From Podarcis erhardii (taxonomy: Eukaryota), in NCBI GenBank assembly GCA_964252035.1, contig OZ176204.1: a stretch of DNA of 64,000 nucleotides; one strand, given 5' to 3'. A program made the position numbers and the translations under genes. The notes beneath the pieces are model-generated. The model did not search any database. It was not told the DNA's origin and was given only the letters and a program-made list of their open reading frames with translations. Positions 23,312 through 35,200 of the stretch are shown here, one piece after another; position 1 is the stretch's first letter; every line of letters starts with the position of its first letter.

Positions 23312-23443
23312 ACGGTGGGATTGAAGTTCTTCAACAAAAAAAAGGAAGCAATGATGACCAAGACCAGGAAGAGTGTATTGTTGTAGAAGATGGAGAATGT
23401 TGTCGCTTCGTAGTCTGCTACTTCGTTCTTCTTCCACAAAATT
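23312..23443 (-). CDS. SSR3: SSR3 exon 4 ([44 protein letters not shown])
   Basis: tgcag acceptor, GTATCC donor; 132 nt. Confidence 0.98.
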
Positions 23444-24184
23444 CTGCAGAGGCAAAAGCAGCATTTCAAACAATTTAGGCATATTTTTTCCACTGACAAA
23501 TGACCTAGATGCTAAATTCCAGTTTCTGAAAAAAAGATTATTTTATTTAAGAGTCAAAAGGAGTACAGTGAAGGCACCTGCCAGCTGTCAATAGGCAAAC
23601 AGGGGTTTTTTTTGGAAACACAGTAATGAGTGCCAAACTTCCATTAGATTTCCAAAAGCAGTTTTTACACTGTGTGAAAGATTGTATAAAATGTTGGAAT
23701 TATCAGGTATGGGTGCATCAGGAGAAAGGGGGAAAATTGCTATCTGAATGTAGCCTTTAGCGATTAGAGATCGCTTTTAAAAACAAACAAACACATAACT
23801 CAAACTTAAGAAAGCAAGATTGATTCTCCTGCTATGAAATAGTAACTTAATGAAGAATAAAAGCTTAGGTTGGGAAGTTACTGCCAAGTATTCAATCTAG
23901 CACCACTGAAGAGCTTTTTAGGATAATAAAACGCTTTTAAAAGCATTTTTAATGCATCAAGTTATATAAAATGGTGAACTATACACAAACTATGCTGCTA
24001 AAAAAAAATACTGGCGACATCTGAAACACAATCAGCCCAAAACAAAGCAGGCATTAAGATGGTGGTAATCAACAAGCCAAGTCAAAACAAACACAAAACC
24101 ACAGAAATAAATCCCTCTTTATGAACAGAGGGGTGTAATTCAGGTTGCCTGCAAACAAAGCTGTACAATGCATTTGACCGTCAC

Positions 24185-24283
24185 CTCTCATCTTTCTCCT
24201 TGCGCGACATCTTCCTATTGTCTGCTTCAGAGAGCTTTCGAGTTACTTCTTTGGAAACGGCATCTTCCCTCTTCTGGGCAACT
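24185..24283 (-). CDS. SSR3: SSR3 exon 3 ([33 protein letters not shown])
   Basis: tttcag acceptor, GTGAC donor; 99 nt. Confidence 0.98.
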
Positions 24284-25317
24284 CTGAAAGAGAAAGCATT
24301 TTACATTCCCGATGTTTTTGGGGTGGGGAGATCAGAATAAATTCAAGGATACTAGCCATTTCATAAAATGCCCTCTGCACATCACCCTGAAAGTGCCATT
24401 AGGTATGAACTGGAACGTGATGTGAAAGACCGACTGCCCATATTGCGGAGCCACAAAGCCGGCAAGCCCCATTTCAACGGTTCCAATCAGAGGGTTGTAA
24501 CCAATGTTAATGGGTTCGCTGAAAAGAATAGCCAGGACTAACTTAGGCCCATTGATGTTTGTAGGTTTACTCCGAATATAACTGTTAGGTATAACACAGA
24601 GTTCACTGAAGGAGAAACAAACAGATGGAACCATCCAGCTAGGAGCAAGGTTCTATGATATTTACTAGGGTCTAAGTCAGGATAGTCTAACCTGCAGCCC
24701 ACAAGGCGTTTTTGGCAGCCCTCAGCAACGTTCAAGATAAAAAAAAAATATTTAAGCCTTATTTTTTGTGTCATGTATTCTTAAAGTGCATACATCTGTT
24801 TGAGTATTAAATCTGTTTAATAATTAAATCTATTAATTGTGTATTTAATTATATATATTAATTGGTTTTTTAAAGTATTATTAAACCTATTGTGAACACT
24901 TTAATTTACGATATGGAAATGGAATTCAGTGTGTGGCCTGCGAGTTCTGTGTTGAAGTACTATTGTGGCTCGCTTGGTATGAAAAGTCGGACCACCCTGG
25001 TCTAAGTAAAAGTACAAGTGCACTTCCAAAGAAAACGTCCATTCAAAATATTTTTTGTCCAAAATTAAAGGTCATGTAAAGCTATGATATTAACTTTAAC
25101 GGATATTGCCTACTTCTGGAACTGTCTTGCTTCATAGACCTTCCAAAGATCATCTCCAGAAATACAGCAAGGCTGATCTGAAATGGTTTTTAGTAGCCAG
25201 GGTGATGTAGTCTGAGGGGGATATCACAAGATGTTTGCTAGCTCCCATTCATTTTCCCCATAAACATAATAACCCACCCCAAGCAGTAGAAATATAAACG
25301 AACTGTCCAAATGCTTA

Positions 25318-25518
<201 letters not shown>

Positions 25519-25730
25519 TCAATACCTCAACACATGAATGACTCGATTTGTTCAAGACGTTCTGAACGAGATATACTGTCTTATTGTTAAAGCTTCCTTC
25601 TTCATTCAAAAGACTGGTCACAGTTCAGCACTAGAGCATCTGCTTTACACACAGAATGTGTCTCCAGCTTTAACCCCTGGAAAGCCACTGCCAGTCAGTT
25701 TAGCTAGATGGACCAACGGGCCCACCTCTA

Positions 25731-25911
25731 CGTTGGGAAAGATGAGGACACAAGGAGAAGGGGATGACAGAGGACAAGATGGTTGGATAGTGTTCTCGAA
25801 GCTACCAGCATGAGTTTGACCAAACTGCAGGAGGCAGTGGAAGACAGGTGTGCCTGGCGTGCTCTGGTCCATGGGGTCACGAAGAGTCGGACACGACTAA
25901 ACAACAACAAC
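25731..25911 (+). mobile_element. RTE-BovB 3' fragment
   Basis: ..ggggtcacgaagagtcggacacgactaaacaacaac tail; same family as 50431-50926. Confidence 0.9.
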
Positions 25912-27499
25912 TCATGTTGATTAGCTGAACAATGTATCTCCAGTTTACATACTGTTTTGGATAATCTTCTATTCTACCTTCTACCACATATGTCTTCCTT
26001 TGCCTGAACAGCAGCATGCAAAATAATAAAGGAAAGGGAATATCTGAATGTGAAAGAAATATGTCATCTTTGGACTGACCCAACAACTAACAGAATGCCA
26101 CATTCACAAGGATGAATAGCTTCAGAAGCATTGTGTGAAACTGATTTCAAGCACATTTGCCTTTTCTTTTCATTTTACTAACTAGAGTCAAAGAACATGA
26201 TAACGCCCAACAAAGGTGTAGCAATGCCACCTAGTGGTCTATTATTCTTACTAGTTTTTGAAACCTTTTGCTCTTCAAATCCTTAAAACACACGCAGATC
26301 TTAGAAACTTGACTTAGGGCTTTCCACACTTCCACTTGTCCTGTGCCTAGAAAACACAGGTTTGGGCAGTTTTCTGCTTGTCTAGTGCTTTCTAGGCACA
26401 GGTCTGTAGTTTTGCCTCTGCACAGCCACGCAGAACAACAATCCACAGTAAACTCAGTTGCTGTTGTTCCAATTCAACACTAAACCGCAGGTTTTACTAG
26501 GGGGGAAGTGGATGGGCAAATGCAAGTGTAGATGAGCCCTCAATTTTGTTTATTTGTTTCACATCAGCACATTATCCCCTTTAGTGAGAATCAGTGGTAT
26601 TCAGGCACTGCTATAATCTTGCATGGAGCCTGAAGTATATATTACAAGCTGTCACCTTTTTTGCCTCACTCAATCTATACCAAAGAAGTGGATAATATGA
26701 ACCACATGGCAATACTTCCATATTCTCTTTGTGGTGTTCAACAATGAGACATATTTTAATAATAATAATAATAATTCTTATATCCCACTGCAATGCGTGT
26801 CCACTGTGAATAACAGCTTTGAGGTTAAGAGAAGGCCAGAAGCCACCCTAAAGAGGAAGAGGAAATACCATTTTAAGCTTAAGAACAAATATGGACAGCT
26901 GGAACATGCGCAGATTCAAGTGACAAGAAAGGAGATTCCGACTAAACACCAGGAAGAAATTTCTGACAGTAATTGCAGTTTCTTGACAAACTCCCATTGT
27001 TCTAGGCACATTTTTGTGACAGGGAATTTCATGAGCTCTGGGCGCAGTACTGCACCTAAGATTTTAGATTAAAACTGCAGAGTGGAAGGAAATGAGGACC
27101 TTTTTCTGCCTTCCCACTTCCAGCTACTCTCCGGAGACTGAAGAGACGAGACCCTCTTAAGAATATTAGGGGGGTGGACAGGGGAAGGATCAGACTGCGT
27201 GAAAAATAAACGTAATATTTTAGCTGCCATTCATTCATTTTCATCTTTGTATTCTTGTTATTTTTAAAAAGCGCATTGTGGCGCCCATATCTTAGGTTTA
27301 AGGCGCCATTTAGCTACTAGTTTTCCTAGCTCCGGTTTCTAACACTGGGCGGGGCACACCTTCCTTGGGAAGTTTTTAGGCAGAAGCTGAATAGCTTCAT
27401 CTGTCACGGATGCTTTAAGTTGAGATTCCTGCATTGCAGTTAAGGGAGCTGGACTGGATGACCCCTAGATTACTTCCAATTCTGCAATTCCGTGATTCT

Positions 27500-28360
27500 A
27501 GGTCGGAGGGCCGACCGTCAGGGCCTCTCTAGCTGTGGCCCCTGCACTGCAGCAGGGGGTTGGGCTGGATGACCTTCGGGGGTCCCCTTCGAACCCCGAA
27601 ATCCTGTGGCCTTCCCTATCCCGCGCCCCGGGAGGAGCCCGTGGGGGGGGGGTGAGATCCCTGCCTCCCCCGCTGCTGACAGAGCAGCTCTTCCAGGGGG
27701 AAGCGAGGGAGACGTGGCAACCCAGCCCTTCCTCACTCACAGATGGGGATGGCAGAGACGATGAACGCGTTGCCGAAGAAGAGCGCCGACGACTTGGCCG
27801 ACAAGTTGCGGCTGAAATCCTGCAGGAGAAGCTCCTCCTCGGACTGCTGCCGGGCCCCGCCGCTGCTGCCGCCGCTACCGCCCTTGGGAGCCATCGCCGT
27901 CGTCGCCGCCGCCTCCTTCTGTCTCCCGAGCTCGAAAGGAAGACCGGGACTGACCCCGCGCGGCTGCCGTACTCGCCCACGAAAGCACACGCGGCGCACG
28001 GCCTGGGAGGCGGGACTTCCGCCCACCAACGGCCGCTCTCCTCACAGACTACTTCCGCTGCCGCCTGTCAATTCCACACACCCCAACCGCCGCTGTCCCC
28101 CGTTTCTCTCGATAGAATTATTATCTCTACCGCGGAACTACGAGTGTTTGGATAATAGCAGAGAGTAAGTCTGTGTAGCATTAAAAAGAAAAAGAAAAAG
28201 TAATAAGCAAGGAGAATTGGGCCAAGCCTCTACATCCGGGTCATCTGGACTCGGCTGACGTGTCCTTTCCTTGGCTTCAGGGGCGGGGTTTGTGGGCAGA
28301 GTCTTATTGGCTCTTCTCTGCAGCCGGGATTAAAAAACGGAGGGGGCGTGGCTTGCAGAG
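27500..28360 (-). promoter_or_regulatory. SSR3: SSR3 CpG island and promoter
   Basis: High GC and CpG; ETS CGGAAGT near 28015 and 28050; GC boxes at 28280 and 28342; ATTGG boxes at 28306 and 28378; TGACGTG at 28256-28262. Confidence 0.85.
27741..27894 (-). CDS. SSR3: SSR3 exon 1 ([51 protein letters not shown])
   Basis: ATG at 27894-27892 in GCG-ATG-G context, GTGAGT donor; the five exons total 579 nt = 192 aa plus stop. Confidence 0.98.
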
Positions 28361-31300
28361 TCTCTGCATTGAAGCTCATTGGGGTTTGGCTCAGCTGCAG
28401 AATAAACGGTGCATTTGTTATATAGGGTAGCGACCTCTTGCTTTCCCACTCTGAATACTGCTTAATTCGTGCGTGTAGGTATCTTTTTTATTTTATTTTA
28501 TTTTATTAGTGGTAGTTATACTGCTTTCCGAAGGAGAAGTTTAATACGACCTCCGTATTAGAGCATAAATAAATCGATGTTTTAGATTTGCTTTTGAAAA
28601 CGGAGCGGTGATTTTTGTAACGTGGTCAGAAGTTGGCTTTTGTTTATTTCCATACACCCCTTCTGTTCTGCTTCTGTCTGTACTGACAGCAATTAGTAGA
28701 AAAAGTTATATGTTAAAAGATGGCTAGGGGTCTACTAAGAGGGTAGAAGTCTTGAATTGTTGAGATTGCTTGAGAAATTAAGCTGCCCTGTCTCAAGTTT
28801 AAGTTTTCTACAACGGGCTGTTCTCTCTCCCCCCCCCCCCAAGGCAATGCTTTTCAGTGCCTAGCTTTAAAAGTCTGGCAATAATTGGGAGCATAGGGAG
28901 GCTGGAACAGAGGTTTTCTTGTAAGACTCTGTTCAGCATCTTCTTTTGCACTTGTTTAGTGTTCAGGATATTCCAGTGTATCATGAGCAGACTTTTCCAG
29001 CTATCCTGTATCTATGGTTCTTCCACTCCTCTTTGCCCATGGGGATCAGTGTGATCTGTGCAAGGGTACAGTGTGGGTGGTGAATAAATAAAATGAGTGT
29101 TTTAAAGTAACTGTACAGGGTCGACTCGCAATATTAGGTTACTACTTATCTGGGAGTATTCCCTATTGAACTCAATAGGGCTTCCATCTGAGTAAGACAT
29201 GTAGAGCCATTGTGAGGAACCATTGACAGTTGTACTATTGTTTTGATATCAGTTCCCATAGCACTGAAAGCACAGTGCTGTCATGGCTGAAATTAATGAT
29301 TAGTTGTTGCTTAAGGTGGTGAACAACCGTACCACTACTCCTTTTTAGTGAGGAATTATTGCCCGCAGGAAACTGACCACCCATTTTTTTTATGCAGACG
29401 TGATATTATTTATACCCCGCTCATCTGGTTGGGTTTCCCCAGCCAATCTGTGTACATCTGGGACTGCTTGGATTTAGTATGCAGTTAAACAGCAGTATAC
29501 CTTGAAAGTAAGCACTGTTTCTTAAAATGTACTCTTAGAGAATAAATTTAATGCCTTGGGCCTGCAATAAAGTAGATTTCTGGCATCTGGAGTTCTTGGC
29601 AGTCCTTTTTTTCTTCATGCTTGAAACAAGCTGACTTCAAAACATGGCTTTGAAGCTGACTTGTTCCAACCAACTCTTAAGATTAACTACAGTTTAGGAT
29701 TCAGACAGAATGGTAAACTACAGTGAATGGAAAAACAGAAGCAGAAACTTCCATTCTCCTCCTCATGGTCACTGGAGGAAGCAAGGGGAGGCAGAAGCCT
29801 TAGGTTTGCTGAAACTCATTCCTATCATCACAAGCCAAGGTTTAGTGTGAAATTCAACCAGGCCTTATTTCCAGTTTGGTAATATGGGCAGATACCCTAA
29901 CGAAGCCCATATGTGGAAACCCTACACTGGGCACATTATATGCCATATTGTATTTACGATTTTTGATGCCCCAGTTTGATGCCTTGCATCTGTTTTCCAA
30001 ACTATTAGTTGCTGGGGACAAAGCCTGATCAATGTTTTGTCCCTTCTCATATGCCAACAACAGTCACAATGTCAGGCTGCAAGTCATGTTGACCTGAGCT
30101 GCTTTAAGGTTTTAGGTTTCTATTGTTTGTCTTGTAAATGCCTTAGGCCTGTTGGTATGGGAGGGGTTCCCCAGTTTGAACAAAGGAATTCGTAACAGGA
30201 TTGGTTCAATGACAGCAGGGATATTCAGATGCACTCTCTGATTGATCTGATACACACATTAAGATTTTATCTGCAACCTGATGAAATTCTTGTCGCTGGG
30301 GCCGTGGAGAGTCGCTGAGTGGGGAACAATGCTTCAAGTGTCTCGTGACTCACGACGAATCCCCACAAGAGTCCAAAGGCTGCAGCGTGTTTAGAAAACG
30401 TAATCAGATCACGGTTCAGCTTGTGTCTCTAATATGTTTTTAGCTGTGTCAGAAGATTAATGTGCTCCTCACAAAAGGGACAGGCAGGGCTGCATCACGT
30501 ACTTCATGTGAGATCTTAAAGCCTTCCTGGATGGTGTAAAATTCATAAGACAAAATAGTAAGCCTTGATATGGTTGTATCCTTAATTGGGGCCTTAACTT
30601 GTAACCATGAAAATATTGGTGGTATGTGTGTATGGATTTACAGGAGAGGGAAATGCAGATCTGACATGGGATTTCCCCAATATGGAGGACTGGTATGTAG
30701 CCTACTTTGAGGATATGTTTTTGTGTATGCAATATCTTCTCTGTCATCTTCCTATGTGAGTACACTGTCTCATGCCCAAACATTCACCCATTCAGTGTTG
30801 GATAATATGTAGGTGAGCATATTGTGCCGTCGTTAGCCAACATGGGGTCCTCACCATATGGCTGGACTACAACTCCTCTCCTCCCTGGCTGGGGCTGATG
30901 GGAGTTGTAGTCCAAAAATATATGGAGGGGACCATATTGGCTACACATGTCCTGCTGTCCTACACAACAGATGTGATCAGTTGGCTATTCCCTTCCCTCA
31001 AAGCCTTACCACCCATAGCATGGGATCCCATTTTTAACAGAGGCCATTTTTGCTAATAATTTGTTTAATTTCCAACCTGTTCATAAGCATTGCTTAAACA
31101 GATAGGCCAATGGTTAGAGAGCACACATTTCAGTGAACTAATTAATATGAAGCTAGAACTCTCATAACCAATAACAGTTACAATGGTTTCAAAAGTTCCG
31201 AATGTGCTTGTCTTGAGTTGGTTTTTATTTACCTTCTTTTTGGGCTTATTTATTGGGGGCAAAATTTGTAAAACTACTGTGTTTCTGAAAATCGCTGTGT

Positions 31301-31730
31301 TCTATACGCAAAACTACTTCACTTGTCTTGTCTGTATGATAACAGTGAACTGCTCTGAAAGATATCCAAAGCTGCCTTTGACATCACAAATTTGTTCATA
31401 AAAAAATTATTGAACTAGCTTCAAGAGCAGCACGTTCTGCAACTGTGAGACACCCACTTCTTCATGTTCCCTTGCTGTTCAGTCATGGCACATTGATGCT
31501 CTGATGGTACCTTCAATAAGGCACCCTTGGCTGATCTTAAAGATGATAGAAAGATTCTCACTGAAGACAGGTCCTCATAGCAACTGCCAGAGCTGTTGAT
31601 TTAGCCAAGCTTAGGGTGTCTCAGACGCATTCCCTGAAGGGCTTGAGTGACCTAATCTCCCTTTAGTCACTGTTCATGGGGGTTGCAGTCCCCCATGTAA
31701 TTAGGACCTTGAAATCTTGCTGCCTGCAGC

Positions 31731-31953
31731 CAGTGGCGGAGTTTCATGCTCCGGGACCGGGGGGGGGGGCAAAGAGCAGGCAGGGGTGGGGCTGGCGTGT
31801 CTCCCATGGGGGCGTGGCACGCATCCTGGGGGTGTGGCGTGGCACCCGTAGGGGCGTGGCACCCAGCGAAGGGGGGGCAGCCGCAATGGCACACCGCCAG
31901 GATTGCGCTGCTGCGGGCGGTATGCTCCCCCCCGCACGCCTCTTCCGCCAGTG
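31731..31953. mobile_element. GC-rich hAT-type MITE
   Basis: TIR CAGTGGCGGA ... TCCGCCAGTG; 8-bp TSD CCTGCAGC / CCTACAGC. Confidence 0.8.
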
Positions 31954-32289
31954 CCTACAGCACAAATTTAGGGCTAGCTTGTGAGGGAGACAGTTCAGTG
32001 AGCAGGAGCCTCAGCTCACAAACCTCACAGAAAGTACTTGGTCAAGCTGAATATCTGGGCACATCTAGGACCTGAGCTAGGGCAACCCGGCTCACTTGCC
32101 TCCTATGCACGTAAGCAGGGTGCAGATCTTCTAGTAAAAATGTAAGCTTTTTTAAAAAATACGACAACAGAAACAAAACCAAGCCTTGCAGACACTCAGC
32201 TGAAAGGTCATGAGATAGGTATTTCACCCGTACTATCACACAAATAACACTCTGCACGCAGGGTAGAAATCATAGGTGTGTTCTGAATT

Positions 32290-32501
32290 CAGTGGTACCT
32301 CGTGTTAAGTACTTAATTTGTTCCAGAGGTCTCTTCTTAACCTGAAGCACCACTTTAGCTAATGGGACCTCCTGCTGCTGCCGCCGTGTCGCCAGAGCAC
32401 GATTTCTGTTCTTGTCCCGAAGCAAAGTTCTTAACCCAAGGTACTACTTCTGGGTTAGCGGAGTCTGTAACCTGAAGCGTATGTAACCTGAGGTACCACT
32501 G
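32290..32501. mobile_element. Tc1/mariner MITE, subfamily A
   Basis: CAGTGGTACCTC ... GAGGTACCACTG-TA; colinear with 7603-7844. Confidence 0.9.
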
Positions 32502-32609
32502 TACAAGGCGCTCCTGTCTATTGGAATCAGTTTGGTCCCATTGGAGCCAAGGTAGCCAGCCTGCAGATGCTGAGAGAGGCAGAAAGGTATGTAAACCAGG
32601 CCGCGAGGA

Positions 32610-33030
32610 CATAAGAAAAGCCCTGCTAGTTGCAGCCAAGGCCAATATAGTCCAGCATCCTGTTCTGACAATGGCTAACAAAGATGCCACTCAGAAGTAC
32701 ACTGGAAGAACTTGAGTGTAGCAGCACTTTGCCCACCTGTGATTCCCAGCAGCTGGTATTCAGAGACATACAGCCTCCAACCGTGGAGGTAAAACATAGT
32801 AGCAAAATTCATTGTTCATTGAGTGAACAATGTAGCCAAGTGGTGCTTTGTTGTTGTTGTTGTTGTTCTGAATCTTCCCATGTTAAGAACATATGAAGAA
32901 CCTGCTGAATCAGGCTAATGGCCCATCTGGTCCAACATCCTCTTCTCACAGTGGCCAAGCAGGCACCTATGAGAAGCCCACAAGCTAGGCATGAGCAACT
33001 GGTATTCATGACCTTTGACCATAGATGTAG
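32610..33030 (-). mobile_element. Two decayed CR1-type 3' ends
   Basis: aagaacat..ctgctg.atcaggc..tggcccatct.gtcca.catcct.ttctcacagtggcca occurs twice. Confidence 0.6.
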
Positions 33031-34283
33031 AACTTCATTGTTTCATTTCATTCACTGAGTTCTTGTGTTATGGAGACTTCTCTATATCTTAGATGTGGCG
33101 GTGTTTTCCCACTTCCAAGTTAACTGCTATTCTGCCGTCACAGAAATTAGGGTGTAGGGGGAAGGAGAGTGTTGTTTTGATGAAGAGGGAAATGATCCAT
33201 TAGAAGAGGCCCATTCCTTGGCTAACCAACTGATACCCTCTCACCAGAGATATGTGGTAAGGGTCTAGTAGTTTGTGGTAGTCAGTGATTTGAGCATTAG
33301 GAATACAGGGAGATGGGTTTGTGATCAGTGGGACAGGTGGAACATGGCAATGAGTGATTGTACATAAATGATTGCCAGTCAAAGATTTCAAAGGAATGTA
33401 GTGTGCCATGTAGGAGAAGGTCACAATGTAAAGGCATATGCTAATTTCTCCAAGCCAAATAAAGGTAAGTTGGAGCGGCTACAGTTTCCCCTGGATAGAA
33501 ACCCTGTGCAGATAAAAACCAAAAAAGAAAAAGGAGCAGCAGTCTTCTCTACAGAATTACCTCTACATAAATACCAGGCCTCAAAAGTAATTTAGTGATC
33601 AAAGTAAATTATAGCGCACCTGACCAAGACGCTGAGGGTGATGGATTCTTTGTTTAAAATATTTGTATGCTGCCCTTTTCTCATAGTTCAAGGAAGCCAT
33701 AAGCAATTAATAAGTCAATATCATCGAACCAGCAAAGACAAGCCAGCAATAAAGCAAACAAACAGCAGCAGTGAAGACATCATAAAAACTAGATGGGTTG
33801 CAAAACACTTTAGACAATGCATCTTGAGGTTTGGTAAGTGTATTCGTGGATTGTCAAAAAGCTTTTGACAAAGTGTCTCACCTATAAGGCTTCTGAGTGA
33901 ACCTTGCAATCATAGGATATGCGGAAGCGTTCATGAATCAGAGTCCATATATGAAATGAAATGCAAAAAGTGACAAAAGCAGTGTTGGTAACACAAATTT
34001 CTTTGGCGTTGTTACTGAAAGTAAAGATTGTCAACCTCTGTATTGGAGGCCAGTCTGTTCTGCAGGGATTCAAGAGCCAAAAAAAATGCCTCAATCGCAT
34101 ACCTCAGGCCCAAAAAGAAAAGGGAAATTTCTTTGGCCACACCTAAATTCTGGAACTCTTCATCCCAAGAAGCTTGATTGGCTCCATCCATTATGATGTT
34201 TTACTGGAGGGCAAGAATCTTGCAGTTTAGGCAGGTGGTTGACAGGTAAGTTTTTGACCAAGGCTTTTGTTTTAATCTGCTTC

Positions 34284-34287
<4 letters not shown>

Positions 34288-34336
<49 letters not shown>

Positions 34337-34360
34337 TGTTGGTTGGTTGGTTGGTTGGTT
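34288..34360. repeat. Compound microsatellite (CT)n(GT)n(TTGG)n
   Basis: Direct reading. Confidence 0.9.
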
Positions 34361-34647
34361 TTAATTGTTAGCCAGCCTGAATGGTGTGCAGGCACCAGAA
34401 AAAGTGGAGATACAAATTTGTATATATAAATAAATAAATCTGAGTAGTTACTAAGCAGAGCAACAACAACCAAAAGAAAGAGGTATACATTACTGTATAG
34501 GGTATTTAACCATCGCTGTCATAGTTTCTGAGTACAAGTTTATTTACATAGAAAGAATGCTTGCCACACCTGTGATATTTCTGGGGTCCATCAGTGGGTC
34601 ATTATGCTGTCACCCTGTCGAGTGGAGGCATCTCTAGATTAGTCCCA

Positions 34648-35200
34648 CTTTTTCTTTTCTTTTTTATAATAATTCTTATTGATTTTCTTTTCTCATAACA
34701 GTTATTCAGTATCATCATTTAACATCCATTTTCTAGTTCCCCCTCCCTGTTGACTTCCCCCAACTTCCATTTCTGGTTTCTTACACCAAATGTTACATTC
34801 TGCTGTTTATACATAATGTTCTGTTATCACTAATTATATTTCTTCTGCTCTGTAAATAAAGTTGTAAATGTTTATTTAAATCCTGCCAACGAGTCCATGG
34901 TTTTTTGTTGTTTCTGCAAGTGTGTTGTATAAGGTTCCCATTCTTTTCCAAAGTTGCTATTGTCCTTTTCACACAATTTATCCGTTAGCTTTGCCAATTC
35001 TGCATAGTTCATCAATTTTTCTTGCCATTGTTCTTTAGATGGTATTTCTCCAGTCTTCCAATTTTGTGCTATTAGAATTCTTGCTGCTGTAGTAGCGTAT
35101 ATAAATAATGTCCGATTTTTCTTTGTCCTAAAATACCTAACAAGAAGGCTTCTGGTTTTTTCACAAAGGTTATTTTTTTCAAGACACAGCAAGTTCACAT
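34648..35200 (-). mobile_element. L1 LINE 3' end (ORF2 C-terminus, 3' UTR, A-rich tail)
   Basis: LFIYATTAARILIAQNWKTGEIPSKEQWQEKLMNYAELAKLT matches non-mammalian L1 ORF2 C-terminus; stop at 34872. Confidence 0.8.

Noticed and set aside
23024-23482. 152-aa minus-strand ORF over SSR3 exon 4, and the intron-4 read-through (..[16 protein letters not shown])
   Set aside because: Alternative frame or simple read-through; a canonical donor and a well-conserved exon 5 exist, and there is no evidence for an isoform
27895-28029. 45-aa N-terminal extension of SSR3 in ORF 27733-28029
   Set aside because: The ORF finder used a TTG start; the first ATG is the conserved MAPK start
27535-28155. 206-aa plus-strand ORF and other long ORFs overlapping SSR3 exon 1
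   Set aside because: Antisense or alternative frames of a GC-rich CpG island where stops are rare; low-complexity, no recognisable protein
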